64,000 nucleotides of DNA from Camelus dromedarius (lineage: Eukaryota), in contig NC_087436.1 of assembly GCF_036321535.1 (NCBI RefSeq), positions 12,090,001-12,154,000 of the forward strand, read 5' to 3'. Below are positions 53,286 through 64,000 of this stretch, piece by piece. Numbering within the stretch: position 1 is the stretch's first letter; every line of letters starts with the position of its first letter. Position numbers and translations under genes: made by a program. The notes under the pieces are model-generated. The model saw only the letters and a list, made by a program, of their open reading frames with translations, was not told the DNA's origin and made no database searches.

Positions 53286-56200
53286 TAGCTATGATTGAAA
53301 TTACAGGGGTTACCTCCATAATGAAGCTATGGGCTTTAATTAAGTGTGATCTATTTTAACCCAGCTAAAAGTGATCAACAATCTCAACTGACTTAGACAT
53401 ATTTTAACTTTCAAAATTGCTGAAATATTTATAGCCACTAAGGGAAATTCTAACCAGGCTTTACAGTAGATGGGAGCATAGCTCAGTATCTCTGACGGAC
53501 ATCATAGCCTTGGATTCTTTTTTAAGTTTGAAAAAGGCTATGTGCTGTCTGAGAATAAAAATATTTAAATTCTCTTTTACAAGGTGAAACGTTTTCTCTC
53601 TTAGCAAAAGGTACTGGGAATATTACAACTAAATGCAGGACTTTACTAGATGTATTACTTTGAATTAGAACCCAAAGATTTCCCTGGGGTAAAACATCTT
53701 ATGTTACCTTATGGAACAGTGTGTAGCCACGTAGGCAAACATGTGAGCAAACTTGCAGTTCTAAAAGCTGCCAAAGACACTGAATTAAGGTGTCATGTTT
53801 CCAGATGGAATGGCACAGGGGAATGTGTGTAATGTCTTGTACTTAAAATTTTGAAACTGAAACAATATACCAACAGGTAAAATTATCAACATATACATGG
53901 AGACTTCTGAGATACACCATTTACTGACTTCTCTCTCCCAGGGGACATGCAAATATGATCTGTTGGAACTACATGCTGTGCAAACTGCTTATCCTTGAAG
54001 GCAAAGATTTGAGCCGTATCCTTCCTTGTTTATGCTCAGCCTGTATACAAAAATGCTTCTGTCTCTGGAGTGTCAGATTTGAGGTTTTGGAATATTAAAA
54101 ATATATTACTTGTTTATAAAATGGTAAATATAACTTGTTCTATTTTAAAAACATGCAATAGGACAAAAAAACTAAGTTTACTTAGATTTCAGTGTTTAAG
54201 CTCTTTAGAAACATAACAAGAATGTATTTATTAAGAAGTCACAAGCAATAGAATTTTCTAATTTACCTCTTTCACCACTGCTTTCTTACCTGTCAACCAG
54301 AGTTCTGAAAGATAAGTACAATAAGAGAAAAGGTATATTAAAATTGTATTCAAATTTGAGGACTATCAGAAACTCCAAATTCTTTCTCCTATAACAACTT
54401 TAATTCATTATCTCTTTGAGAAATCCCAGATACTACATATATGTAATCTAAATAGCACATTGACATACAAACTACTAATTCAGGGATGGTCATTTACAAA
54501 AAGCAATAAAAGACTAAAACTGCAATAAAGCACCGGGCTTTATTTAAAAAAGAAAAACAACTCAATACTTTTAATCTAAAAGGAAACGGCTTGCTTAAAA
54601 AAGGAAAAGAACCTGTTATTAATCAATAAAATATACTCTGGATGAATTACTGCTCCTATTACTTAACATTTTTATTCTAATAAAAGAGCTATTTAAACAA
54701 TATCTATTTTTCCTTAAGTAATAAGACATAGAGGTACTTGTCAAACCATAATGCAAAATAACAATTCATATCACTAATCTAGGCCACACTGATAACTTTT
54801 AATAAAACAGTAACAATTCAAAGCCATAGGTTTAAAGAAGTGACATTTAACATTTGATAAAACTTGACATTTTGTCATAGATACTAAGATTAAAAAAAAA
54901 TACTTTAAAATCAATTGCTTTTTTCTCCAGTAGCATCAGGGAACTGTACTCTGTGGTATCACCTCCATTTGGGCTTTAGGGCTCCAATCACATTTGTGAA
55001 AAAAAGTTTTCCTGTTGCAATACTGATCAGTCCTCAACAATTTTAAATAAAGCCCACATTTTTGAAAAAAAAGTTTTTGTGAGCGGAGATGGGAAGGGTG
55101 GAAGTAACTGCTATGTAAGATTTTTCAAGTGACACCTCTCATTTGTCTTCTTTCTTTCCTTACCTGGGTTGCCTAGATCAATTTGTTATCACTGGCCATG
55201 TTCACAAGATAAACTTCGTATTTTCAAGTCATCCAGAGCCAAATATTCAGTAGGTTTCATCTGCAGGGTTAACTTCTGGTTTAAATCATTTGTGTCTTGA
55301 CTACTTGAGGGGAAAAAAAAAAAAAAGAATATTGCAAAATATTTTTTAAAGGCACATACATTCATTTGGATCATGTGTTGTTTATTAGACCTTCCCGGAC
55401 CAAAATGTAGCCATTGATCTCAAAACAAAACCATCGTCTTGAAAGCCCTAGAGGAGCACAAGGAAGTTTCTGAAAATTGCCTGAAGATTAACTGGCTGTC
55501 TTCTCTATGTCAGCCACACAGCTCCTCCTGACGAGGCTACTTACTACAAACACACATGCACTCACACAAGCACACACACAAGTGAACACATACACTTTCA
55601 AATCTACGGGGATGGCTAGTTACGTGAATCTGTTTGGATGTTCTGTGTTCTGCAGATCGCAAAAAAAGTCTGCTTTCCTACATGGAAAGAAAAGTTAGGC
55701 TTGCTGTTATTCCTTAAAAAGTCAATAAATTACATATAGTCAAGACAACAAAACAAGAAAGAGGGATAATTGACTTTCTGTTCTCAGCAATTCAACCAAA
55801 TTCATATGGTATGGATTTATCATCAGTCAGTATTTATTGTGTGTCTACCAAACACATGACATTACTATAAATTACTTTCCTCCCAGCTGTGGTTTCTTAA
55901 GATGACCTTCAAAATTTAATAAACAAATTAAAAACTAAACAAAATAATATTCACTCAAACAATCCCAATTAGTGATAACTCTTTCGAGAAAACTTTTCCC
56001 AGGAAAATCGCAATTAATTTTGAATTGGAATCACTTGGGCTTTTTCAGGAATCCCAAGTGATTTTTGTCAATTTTTAAATCTTCTCTATTTTGTCATACA
56101 CAAATTAAAAAAAATAAGTTTTTGAAAATGTGTTTTTATTATGCCAAAACTCACTCTCTCTGTGCCACTGTCTCACTCTCTGATCCTCTTTCTGTGTCTC

Positions 56201-59200
56201 TGTATCTCTTTTTGTCTCTGTGTGCCTGAATCTGTCTTTGTCCCTGTCTTTCTCTGCATGCACATATTGAATTAGCCATTGTCTTCACCTACGTCAGAAG
56301 CTCGTGGCTTCAAATTTGCCAGTTTTGGAGCAATCATTAGTATCAATTCTTCCAAAAGGGATTTAGTCAGTTTTCATCACCAGAAAACAGTGTATTTCTA
56401 TCATAATCTAAAAAAGAAAAGTGATGTAATCTGACAAACTGTGGAGATGAATTGATATTTACTACTGGATACTTATATATTAGCTAGAAAATTTTTTCTG
56501 AGTGAGAACTTAGCAAAACATGTGGAAGTCGAGAACAATTATTTGAAGAGTCCCCGTTTTTCCAAGATGGACCAAATGGACTGAACAACAGAGTAAAGAA
56601 GTTAAGTTAAATTAAAATTAAATTAAAGTTCATTAAGTTAAATTAAAACAAGATTGGTTTTCGTCTATTAAGCTATTAAATTACAACAAATTGTGAGACA
56701 TTTTCAATATATAAATATACATTTAAATACTATTTTGATATACATATTAATATAAGATGCACATACAATGAATATAGTACATATTGTCACACACATTAAT
56801 AAAACCATGAGAAAAATTCCCATTTCTCTGAAATGTCAGAGGAAGTGTTTTAATCCTTTTTTTTTAACCAGCCTATTAAGAGCAAGGTGCTATTCAATGT
56901 ATTTGCAGCAGAGTTGTTTAATGCCAATAGAATATATGGACTATATACAACCATAACTGCCTAATTGTCCAGGAAAATGTAGGCTTAAAGCACCTTACTT
57001 AGGGGAGAATTCTGAAAACATGTCACCTTCTCATCTCCCAAGTCCGTAGTATCTAATTCTGGGCTAAGCAGTAACTTGTTCTCAAGGGCTCCAGACAATC
57101 AGGGGGTGTCAGAGTCCCTGAGAGGCCCCAAGGAAGGCAAAAGTGATGACATACTTTCTCCCTGTGGCCTAGTGAGAGCCCGAGGGCCACCGCGTGGAGG
57201 CTCAGCCCCCAGACCAGAAAAGGGTAGTAACACCTGCGTGGATCTCAGGAATTCAAGGTGAAGGCTGATTCTGGCTGATCCCAAGTTATGCCAGGACTCC
57301 GTTTCCCAAGGAGACCAGGTGGAGCTGCAAGGGAAGGCCAGATGTGTTTGTGTTTTTGAAATACCGTAAAATGGCAATAATGATATTAATATTATATTCA
57401 AGAAAATTTAACTGCACAGCTAGTACTCAATAACCTCTTAGTGCCAGAATAATCCTGTTTTGTGGTTTCTGTACCGTATATAATCTGGACACTTAACCAG
57501 AATAGAGTTTGCTCTTTAATATTAGTATTCATTTTCATAATTCATTTTAGAGTTTAAAAAACTTTATCAGACGTTAAGCGTACTGAAAAGTGGTGCAGGC
57601 CCAATACTGGGCAACAATTTCAAAACAGGCTACACTTGCAAGACGCCTGGTCATTTGTCTGATGCCATAACTTTTGGGCCAAACAATGAAGGTAATGTCA
57701 CAGACCGTTCAGTGACATTTGTTTGTTTGTTTGTTTGTTTAACCTTCTCATTTATTGTGGAGGCTGAATCTCAACATTATTATTTTTTTTAAGCTGGGAA
57801 ATCCTGCAGGCTTATCTTCTCCTTTCATCTCTAATTTTCATTTATTCGTATGATCTCTAGTGCTTGACTTAATCACTGTGCTATGACTTGACAAAGAGCT
57901 GATACTTTGTTTATGACAGTATTCATTATGAGAAATTTAATTTTTTATGTTTCCAATTGAACTCTGAAAGCTCATGCAGACCTCTGATTGATCCTTTTGT
58001 GTTGGATTAACATGATGCCAGTCAAATGGAATGTTTTAATTGTGAGTTTTCTTAAACAATATGAAAAATTACACACTGATTCTTTTTTTTTCTTATCTAA
58101 GGATATATACCAGGAATATTATTATATGTTACTTTAACATTTTAACTGGATTAATTTCCTCTATCTTAAACTTTGTGTCTTCCAGTTCAAAAGTGATTTT
58201 TTTCTTTTTTGGCCTTTTAAATTATTCTTGCCCTGTGAGCTGTCGTGGTGGTTAAGTTGGCAAGAACCATTCCAGAGGTATGAATGTGGTTAAAAGCTGG
58301 TTTTTCTTTCTCTCTCTTTCCTGCATGCACACAGCCACACACAGCCACAAACTAAACACACATACCACATACCACACACACACGCACACAGAAAAGCACT
58401 ATTAATCTGCAGCGATTCAGGGGAATTCTAGGTGTTAGCGTCTTTGGACTGCCCACCATAGGAAAATGAATTTTTGTTCATGACCTTTTGTGCCAGGACT
58501 ACCGTGACTCCTAAAATGTGCACCTCGATCACATAAGAAGAAACAATGCCTCTTTGCCAGAGCGCAGTTAGCGCGTTAGTACTGCAAATATTACCAGCAG
58601 TCATGTAACATCCAGCAGCAATAGATTTCATTTTTCTCTCCTATTTGCTAGTGAAGAGTGTGTCATTGCATATGTTCTGTAATTTATTCTATACTGTCAA
58701 CTTTGATCATCTCTAAACCGCAAGTTAATTCAAGACTGATTATAACAAGCTCAAGTAACATGATATGTGAAAATTAAACTAGTATTAATTTTTACATATT
58801 CCTGACACTGAAGCTAACGTAAGCAAGGCAGGTTTTCTACTCCTCCTGCCAGCTGAACTGTCTGAAGACTCCGGCCGACGTCTGAAAGCTCTTTCAACTT
58901 CGAACCCCCTCGGATGCTCTTTCACGACGAGGAAAAAGGACGAAGCAGGGCAGCTCTGTGTGCCGCGTGATGCAGGAAGGTCAGAAACCACCGCGTACAG
59001 ATTTTTAAAAAGAGTCAGAGCTTCTGGCAGAGAAGAGACAAAGATCATTAGCAACACTGACCTTGCAATCCAGTGTGATCATTCCTAAGGCTAAACTGAA
59101 GCCCTTGTGGAGCAAATAACACGCTGACCCTCAAAACGGCCTCACGTGACCGTGAACAACACGGAGCAGTTGGTCCGAGGCCACGAGGGGTTTAGTTTTA

Positions 59201-60274
59201 ATTATAGCAACAACATCAGGGGCACATAGACAACTCTAAGCAGTGTCCCCCATATTTTATCTTTTGGGTATATTAGAAGGACTGTAAGTACTGTATTTTT
59301 TTCTTGCATCATCACCATAGTAAGCATAAAATTGATCACCTAAACTGAGACACTTTCGAGAGTGGCGAGAGATTATTACACTGCTGGTGCCACAGGAATA
59401 AACCGGCACTAACAAGGGAGAAACAAGGAAATGAGGATGTGAGGGTGCTCGGTCACCCCAAGAATGTATTTGTGATGAAGAGATTTTATCACCGTAGAAT
59501 ATGCACTAGTGTGAGCCTTTTGGAACCTCAAGAGCTTCTAATTATTTGTGGCACAGTCTAAAAATAAACCAGTTCAACTTGAGAACTTTGGTCAATACTG
59601 AGATTTGTTGTCAGGAGAAAGAAGTCATAGAGTTTCACCCAAATTTTAATCACAACGCTTTAAAAGTCATACACAACAGACAATGGTGACATGGTCTAGG
59701 AAATATCAGAACTGAAGTCTCATGCATGAATTGCAAATACGATACAAAACATTGTTGTAAATGTAGGTGTATCCATGGAATATTCCTAGAATGTAGTTTT
59801 TGTTTTAAGTACCTGTAGAGTAGTGTGGAAATTCTGATAAAAATATGTGAATGGCTCCTCAAACAGGAATTCCATTATGTTTCTGTTTTGTGGAAAGATG
59901 TTTATAACTAACATCTAGTCTAAAGGCTGGAGTGGTCGCAACTAGTAATACTGAGACATTCTTTAGGTAAAAAAATTTGTGTTGAAAATAGTATTACAAT
60001 CCACATAAGTACAAAAAATTAGGCTAAATTTAGTCATTTCCCTCAGTTGGCCATCTTCATTTTTAAGGCTGCTTTTATGTGAAATTGTGGCATTTGACTA
60101 AAATGTAAAGTTTTCCACAGCCAGCTTTTTTGATCGAGGACAATTAATAAATACATATATTTACTTTGAGCTTTAATTGACTAAATTAGTTTAAAAAGCT
60201 GAACAAGTTATATGCAGTGGCACAGTCTGGCTGTTTAGACGTTCCAAGTGCAAAATCAGCCTATAGGTTTCATG

Positions 60275-60445
60275 GATCAAAGAAAGAACACTGAAATCAC
60301 AACAAAGAGCCCTGACTTGGTGGCACTGGTCCTGAGCGACCGTGAGTGAGTGCTGAAACCTCTCTGAACCTCAGTTTTCTCACCTATAAAAATGAAAGAA
60401 CGGAATTAGATTGCACGGTAGGTCTTTTCCAGCTGTGACATTTTA
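60275..60445 (+). mobile_element. MIR3-like fragment
   Basis: aacctctctgaacctcagttttctcacctataaaaatga...ggtcttttccagct. Confidence 0.7.
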
Positions 60446-61090
60446 TACTGCTGTCCCAGTGATTCAAACCACCAAACCTTTTTGACAATTAATCTTCCTC
60501 TTGACCTTGTAAGTGCTTATGTGTGAGAATGGCTTTCACTGAAATGCATAAAAAAATTAACTGTATTTAAATAAATAATGGTAGGGAAACTTTTGGTTTG
60601 GATTTTTAACCTCTAAGAAGTATATACCTTTTTAATAGAGTCCCTCTAAATGTCCTCATGTTGGCGATAAGCTGCACATAGTGGCATTCTCTAGGTAGTG
60701 TGTTTTAGCTACATTTTTATTTCACTTTTACATGAGAAAATAATCAAAGTTGATTCAGAAGGATTCACTTTCTGGAGAGATATGGAGGAGAGTTCTGATT
60801 TTTTTCACCAATAGTATCTCTGCCAGCCAAAGTGAGATTCCATATGTTGTGTGGAACTTAAAGAGAAACTGCTTTTGATTTTTTTCACACCTGAACCATC
60901 CTATTTCAGATGTTCTGAAGAACGTCTGCTTAGAAAGGAGCTGCAAAATGATTATAAAATTATTTTGGTATCATTTACTGGAGAAAAAATGCATAATATT
61001 TACTAACATATTATCACACCACCACATGTAAAAGAAGGAAGCTACTAAAGTTGCTAGTTACTGGAGTATCATTTAAAGCAACTGACTTTT

Positions 61091-61570
61091 GGAATCTAAA
61101 AAAATAAAACAAACACGGGGGCAGGTAGAGCTCCATGGTAGAGTGTGTGCTTAGCATGCAAAAGGTCCTGGGTTCAATCCCCAGCACCTCCACTGAATGA
61201 ATGAAAGAATAAACAAACAAACAAACAAACAAACAAACAAACCCAATTACCTCCCTCCCAAGTAAAACAAAAAAACAAAACAAAAATAAAACAAACAAAT
61301 TTAACAAAACAGAAACAGACTCAGATACAGAGAACACATGAGTGGCTACTAGAGTGGGGAGGGGTTTGGAGAGGTGTGAAATAGGTGAAGGGGATTAAGA
61401 AGTACAAACTACTAGATATAAAATAAGTTAAGGATATATTGTACAGCACAGGGAATATAGGCAATATTTTATAACTTTGTATGGAGTATAATCTACAAAA
61501 ATATTGAATCACTATGTTGTACACCTACAACTGATATAATATGGCTGTCAACTATACTTCAATAAAAATA
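61091..61570 (+). mobile_element. L1 3' end, interrupted by a SINE
   Basis: ggaatctaaaaaa[SINE]...acaaaacagaaacagactcagatacagagaac...gtacagcacagggaatatagg...tcaactatacttcaataaaaa. Confidence 0.9.
61117..61281 (+). mobile_element. vic-1-type camelid SINE with 16-bp TSD
   Basis: ggtagagtgtgtgcttagcatgcaaaaggtcctgggttcaatccccagcacctcc...cccaattacctccc; TSD aaaaataaaacaaaca at 61100-61115 and 61282-61297. Confidence 0.95.
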
Positions 61571-61584
61571 AACAAATAGGTTAT

Positions 61585-61680
61585 TATAAGATATTACTTT
61601 GCTGTACACCTGAAACACTGTAAATCAACTATACTTTAATTGAAAAAAGAATAAAAAAATAAAATTGCAAGAAAGAAAGA
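61585..61680 (+). mobile_element. Very short second L1 3' terminus
   Basis: actttgctgtacacctgaaacactgtaaatcaactatactttaatt followed by an A-rich tail. Confidence 0.8.
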
Positions 61681-62149
61681 AAGCAACCGAGTGAACAGAA
61701 AGCTTTGTTATGTCTCTTTGTCTGGCTTGAAATGATTTCCACACTCAATTGTTCCACCTGGCTGTAGGCTATCTAAGATCCTGGTTTTTCTTTGTAACAT
61801 TTTACAATTATAATAGTCCCTTACAATTTACGATATTACTGTCATTTACGATTAGAAACACATGTAATCTTGGTTTTCTGAAGACAAACTTGAAATTATT
61901 CAAGTGATTTGGGTCTCTGGTAAGGGTTACACCCTTCTTAGTAATTCTAATATGCTTCTGCTATCCACAGTGCAGTAGAGAATGAAAGCTGTGTAGACAC
62001 TAAATAAGTCTCTGATGACAAAGGCTGTGCATAGCAAGACTGCTTATGGGTGCAAGTTCAGATATACAAGCATTTGTTAAACCAGATCCCACACTTCAGG
62101 ATCTTATTGAATTTCCAGAGCCTTGAGTATACTAAGCATTACTAAATTC

Positions 62150-62470
62150 TCTAATACATGAATATACATATATTGATTGCCACATACTTTTTCACGGTGA
62201 GCTACCACAAGATCTTGTACATATTTCCCTGTGCTACACAGTATAATCTTGTTTATCTATTCTGCATATGCCTGTCAGTATCTACAAATTTCAAACTCCC
62301 GTCTGTCCCTTCCCACCCACCTCCTTCCTGGCAACCACAAGTTTGTATTCTATGTCTGTGAGTCTGTTTCTGTTTTGTATTTATGTTCTATGTTCATTTG
62401 TCTTTTTCTTTTCTTTCTTTCTCTTTTTTTTTTAGATTCCACATACGAGTGATCTCATGTGTAGTATTTC
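62150..62470 (-). mobile_element. Camelid-type L1 3' UTR fragment
   Basis: atatttccctgtgctacacagta...ggcaaccacaagtttgtattctatgtctgtgagtctgtttctg...tttagattccacatacgagtgat; reverse-complement homolog of 50488-50881. Confidence 0.9.
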
Positions 62471-62627
62471 TAATGAGGAAAAGGAGAGCTATTTTCCTCT
62501 TTCTGGGAGAGTTAAGATAGACTGTTCCCAAATCTATTACGTGGAGGCCAGTATCTAGTGTTTTCTCCCTTGGCCCTTCACCTCCATGTTGTAGAAGAAC
62601 TATTTCTCTCAAATTAAAGCATATATG

Positions 62628-62730
62628 TGTGAATTGTATCGGCCGTGCCCCCGTCTGTCCCCTCTTGTATCCCCTGGGTCTGGTGAGGAGCCAGGTCCGC
62701 ATAATAATAAATGTTTGTTGAATGAAAAAA
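62628..62730 (+). pseudogene. Short TSD-flanked retrocopy with L2-like 3' end (probable 5'-truncated processed copy of a transcript 3' end)
   Basis: Perfect 17-bp direct repeats aaattaaagcatatatg (62611-62627, 62731-62747); AATAAA at 62706-62711; A-run from 62725; GC/CpG-rich compared with flanks. Confidence 0.75.
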
Positions 62731-62899
62731 AAATTAAAGCATATATGAACTTGGTCCAATAAATGTTTTTTTTCAGGTAAACAAAACCCACTACTCTCTT
62801 TAATGAACATTACCCAAAGGAAGGCAAAAACCAAACTCTTTATTAAACAAGCATTTGAGTGCTTGGTTGCCGTGGGAGAAATCAGGCTCCTACAGTGAC

Positions 62900-64000
62900 G
62901 GATAATCAGAGTCCACTAACTCCAATTTAATGCTAGCTACTCTGATAGAAAATAACCCACTTATTTGCAATAAAAATATCTAAGAATAACTTCAAATTAA
63001 AGTTCAGTAACTTTATGAAGGAAAAAATAGAAAATTTACTGAGAGACAATAAAGCTGACTTAAATGAATGTAAGAATGATTTTCCTGAATGAAAACATAG
63101 ATTAGTTTAGAGATGTCAGGTATCTCCTAATTAATTTGTAGAGTTCATGTAATTCCAAAAAATCTTCATTGGAGTTTTATTTGCTTAAACTTAAAAGAAA
63201 TTGTATTAAGTCAGGGTTTTCCAGGAAAACAGAACTGATAGGAGACGTGTACACAGATCTCAGAGGCCCACCCACATAGGCGAGGGCAATCTGCTTTACT
63301 CAGCCTATTGATTTAAATGTTAATGTTGTTCAGAAATAGCCAGAATAATGTTTAACCAAATATCTGGACACCCTGTGGCCTGGTCAATAAAATTAACCAT
63401 CACAGATGTTCATGGGTAAGACCTGTTTTGAGCAAGGAGACTCACAGCAGTGTCAGCAAATAATTAGGTGCCTAAAGAAAAGTATATACCATAATATAAG
63501 CGCTATGCCATATTAAGCATATATAATATGAAGTTAAAATAATTAGAACAATATAGATCCAGAACTATATAAGCAGACACTTCAAGAGAACAGAATCTAT
63601 AGTTTGTAAGTAGACTCTGGTATCACAAACTATTGTGAAAGGAAGAATTGGTCATTAAAACGGTGTTAGGAAAACTGATATCCCAGCTTATTACAGTAGG
63701 AATAATACAGACAAAATATGCAGAAAGTAAATTGCATACATCATCTGATCTTTAGGTATAAATGAAGACATCATAAACTAAAACGAAATCAAAAGGTAAA
63801 GAGTGATTGAATTAAGACCATAAAAAAGTAGAAATTTCTGTGAGTCATAAATGTGTCACATGAATTAAAAAAAAAATAACAAAACTGGGGAAAATATTTA
63901 CAGTGATTGTGAAAAACAAAACAAAAAAATCCATAAGGAAAGTCCAAAGTGTCCATTTGAAAACTGGGCAAGGATTAGAAAAGGTCATTCTCAGAAAAAC
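62900..64000 (+). mobile_element. Old L1M ORF2 remnant, interrupted by MLT2
   Basis: aaaatatctaagaataacttc...atgaaggaaaa...aaaatttactgagagac...gatgtcag...ctcctaattaattt...aaaactgggcaagga; degenerate L1 ORF2 motifs. Confidence 0.65.
63202..63404 (-). mobile_element. MLT2-like (ERVL) solo LTR, internally deleted
   Basis: tgtattaagtcagggttttccagg...gagggcaatctgctttactcag...aaaattaaccatcaca; both MLT2 termini present. Confidence 0.88.

Noticed and set aside
59813..60940. Two phase-compatible minus-strand mini-exons (LLSKQTFFRTSEIGWFR / NIMEFLFEEPFTYFYQNFHTTLQ)
   Set aside because: Weak donors (gtgtga, gtactt) and an unrecognised peptide; expected by chance.
61117..61192. tRNA-Ala(AGC)-like sequences (also 18238, 36517, 41003, 51347) as tRNA genes
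   Set aside because: TSDs, SINE tails and stem-disrupting substitutions mark them as retroposed copies.

Overview
AT-rich, repeat-dense mammalian genomic DNA, intergenic or deep intronic. It is almost certainly camelid (alpaca/llama/camel), judged from five tRNA-Ala-derived vic-1-type SINEs and cetartiodactyl-type L1 3' ends. I recognise no protein-coding gene, functional RNA gene, CpG island or prokaryote-type system. The listed ORFs are decayed L1 fragments, microsatellite artefacts or chance ORFs. Content: an ~11 kb minus-strand L1 cluster (3.7-14.6 kb) with two different L1 5' ends; older L1M remnants; MIR and L2 fragments; hAT-Charlie MITEs (MER33, MER58A-like, MER103C-like); MaLR/ERVL LTRs (MLT1, MLT2); ERV1-type solo LTRs at 32.3-34.1 kb; and long (TTTC)n/(GAAA)n tracts. 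The most distinctive observation is a 103-bp insert at 62628-62730 with an L2-like 3' end, AATAAA, an A tail and a perfect 17-bp target-site duplication, best read as a recent L1-made retrocopy of a transcript ending at an L2-derived poly(A) site. Repeat family names are from memory of consensus sequences and need RepeatMasker/Dfam confirmation; boundaries of old repeats are approximate. I found no convincing previously undescribed biological system.
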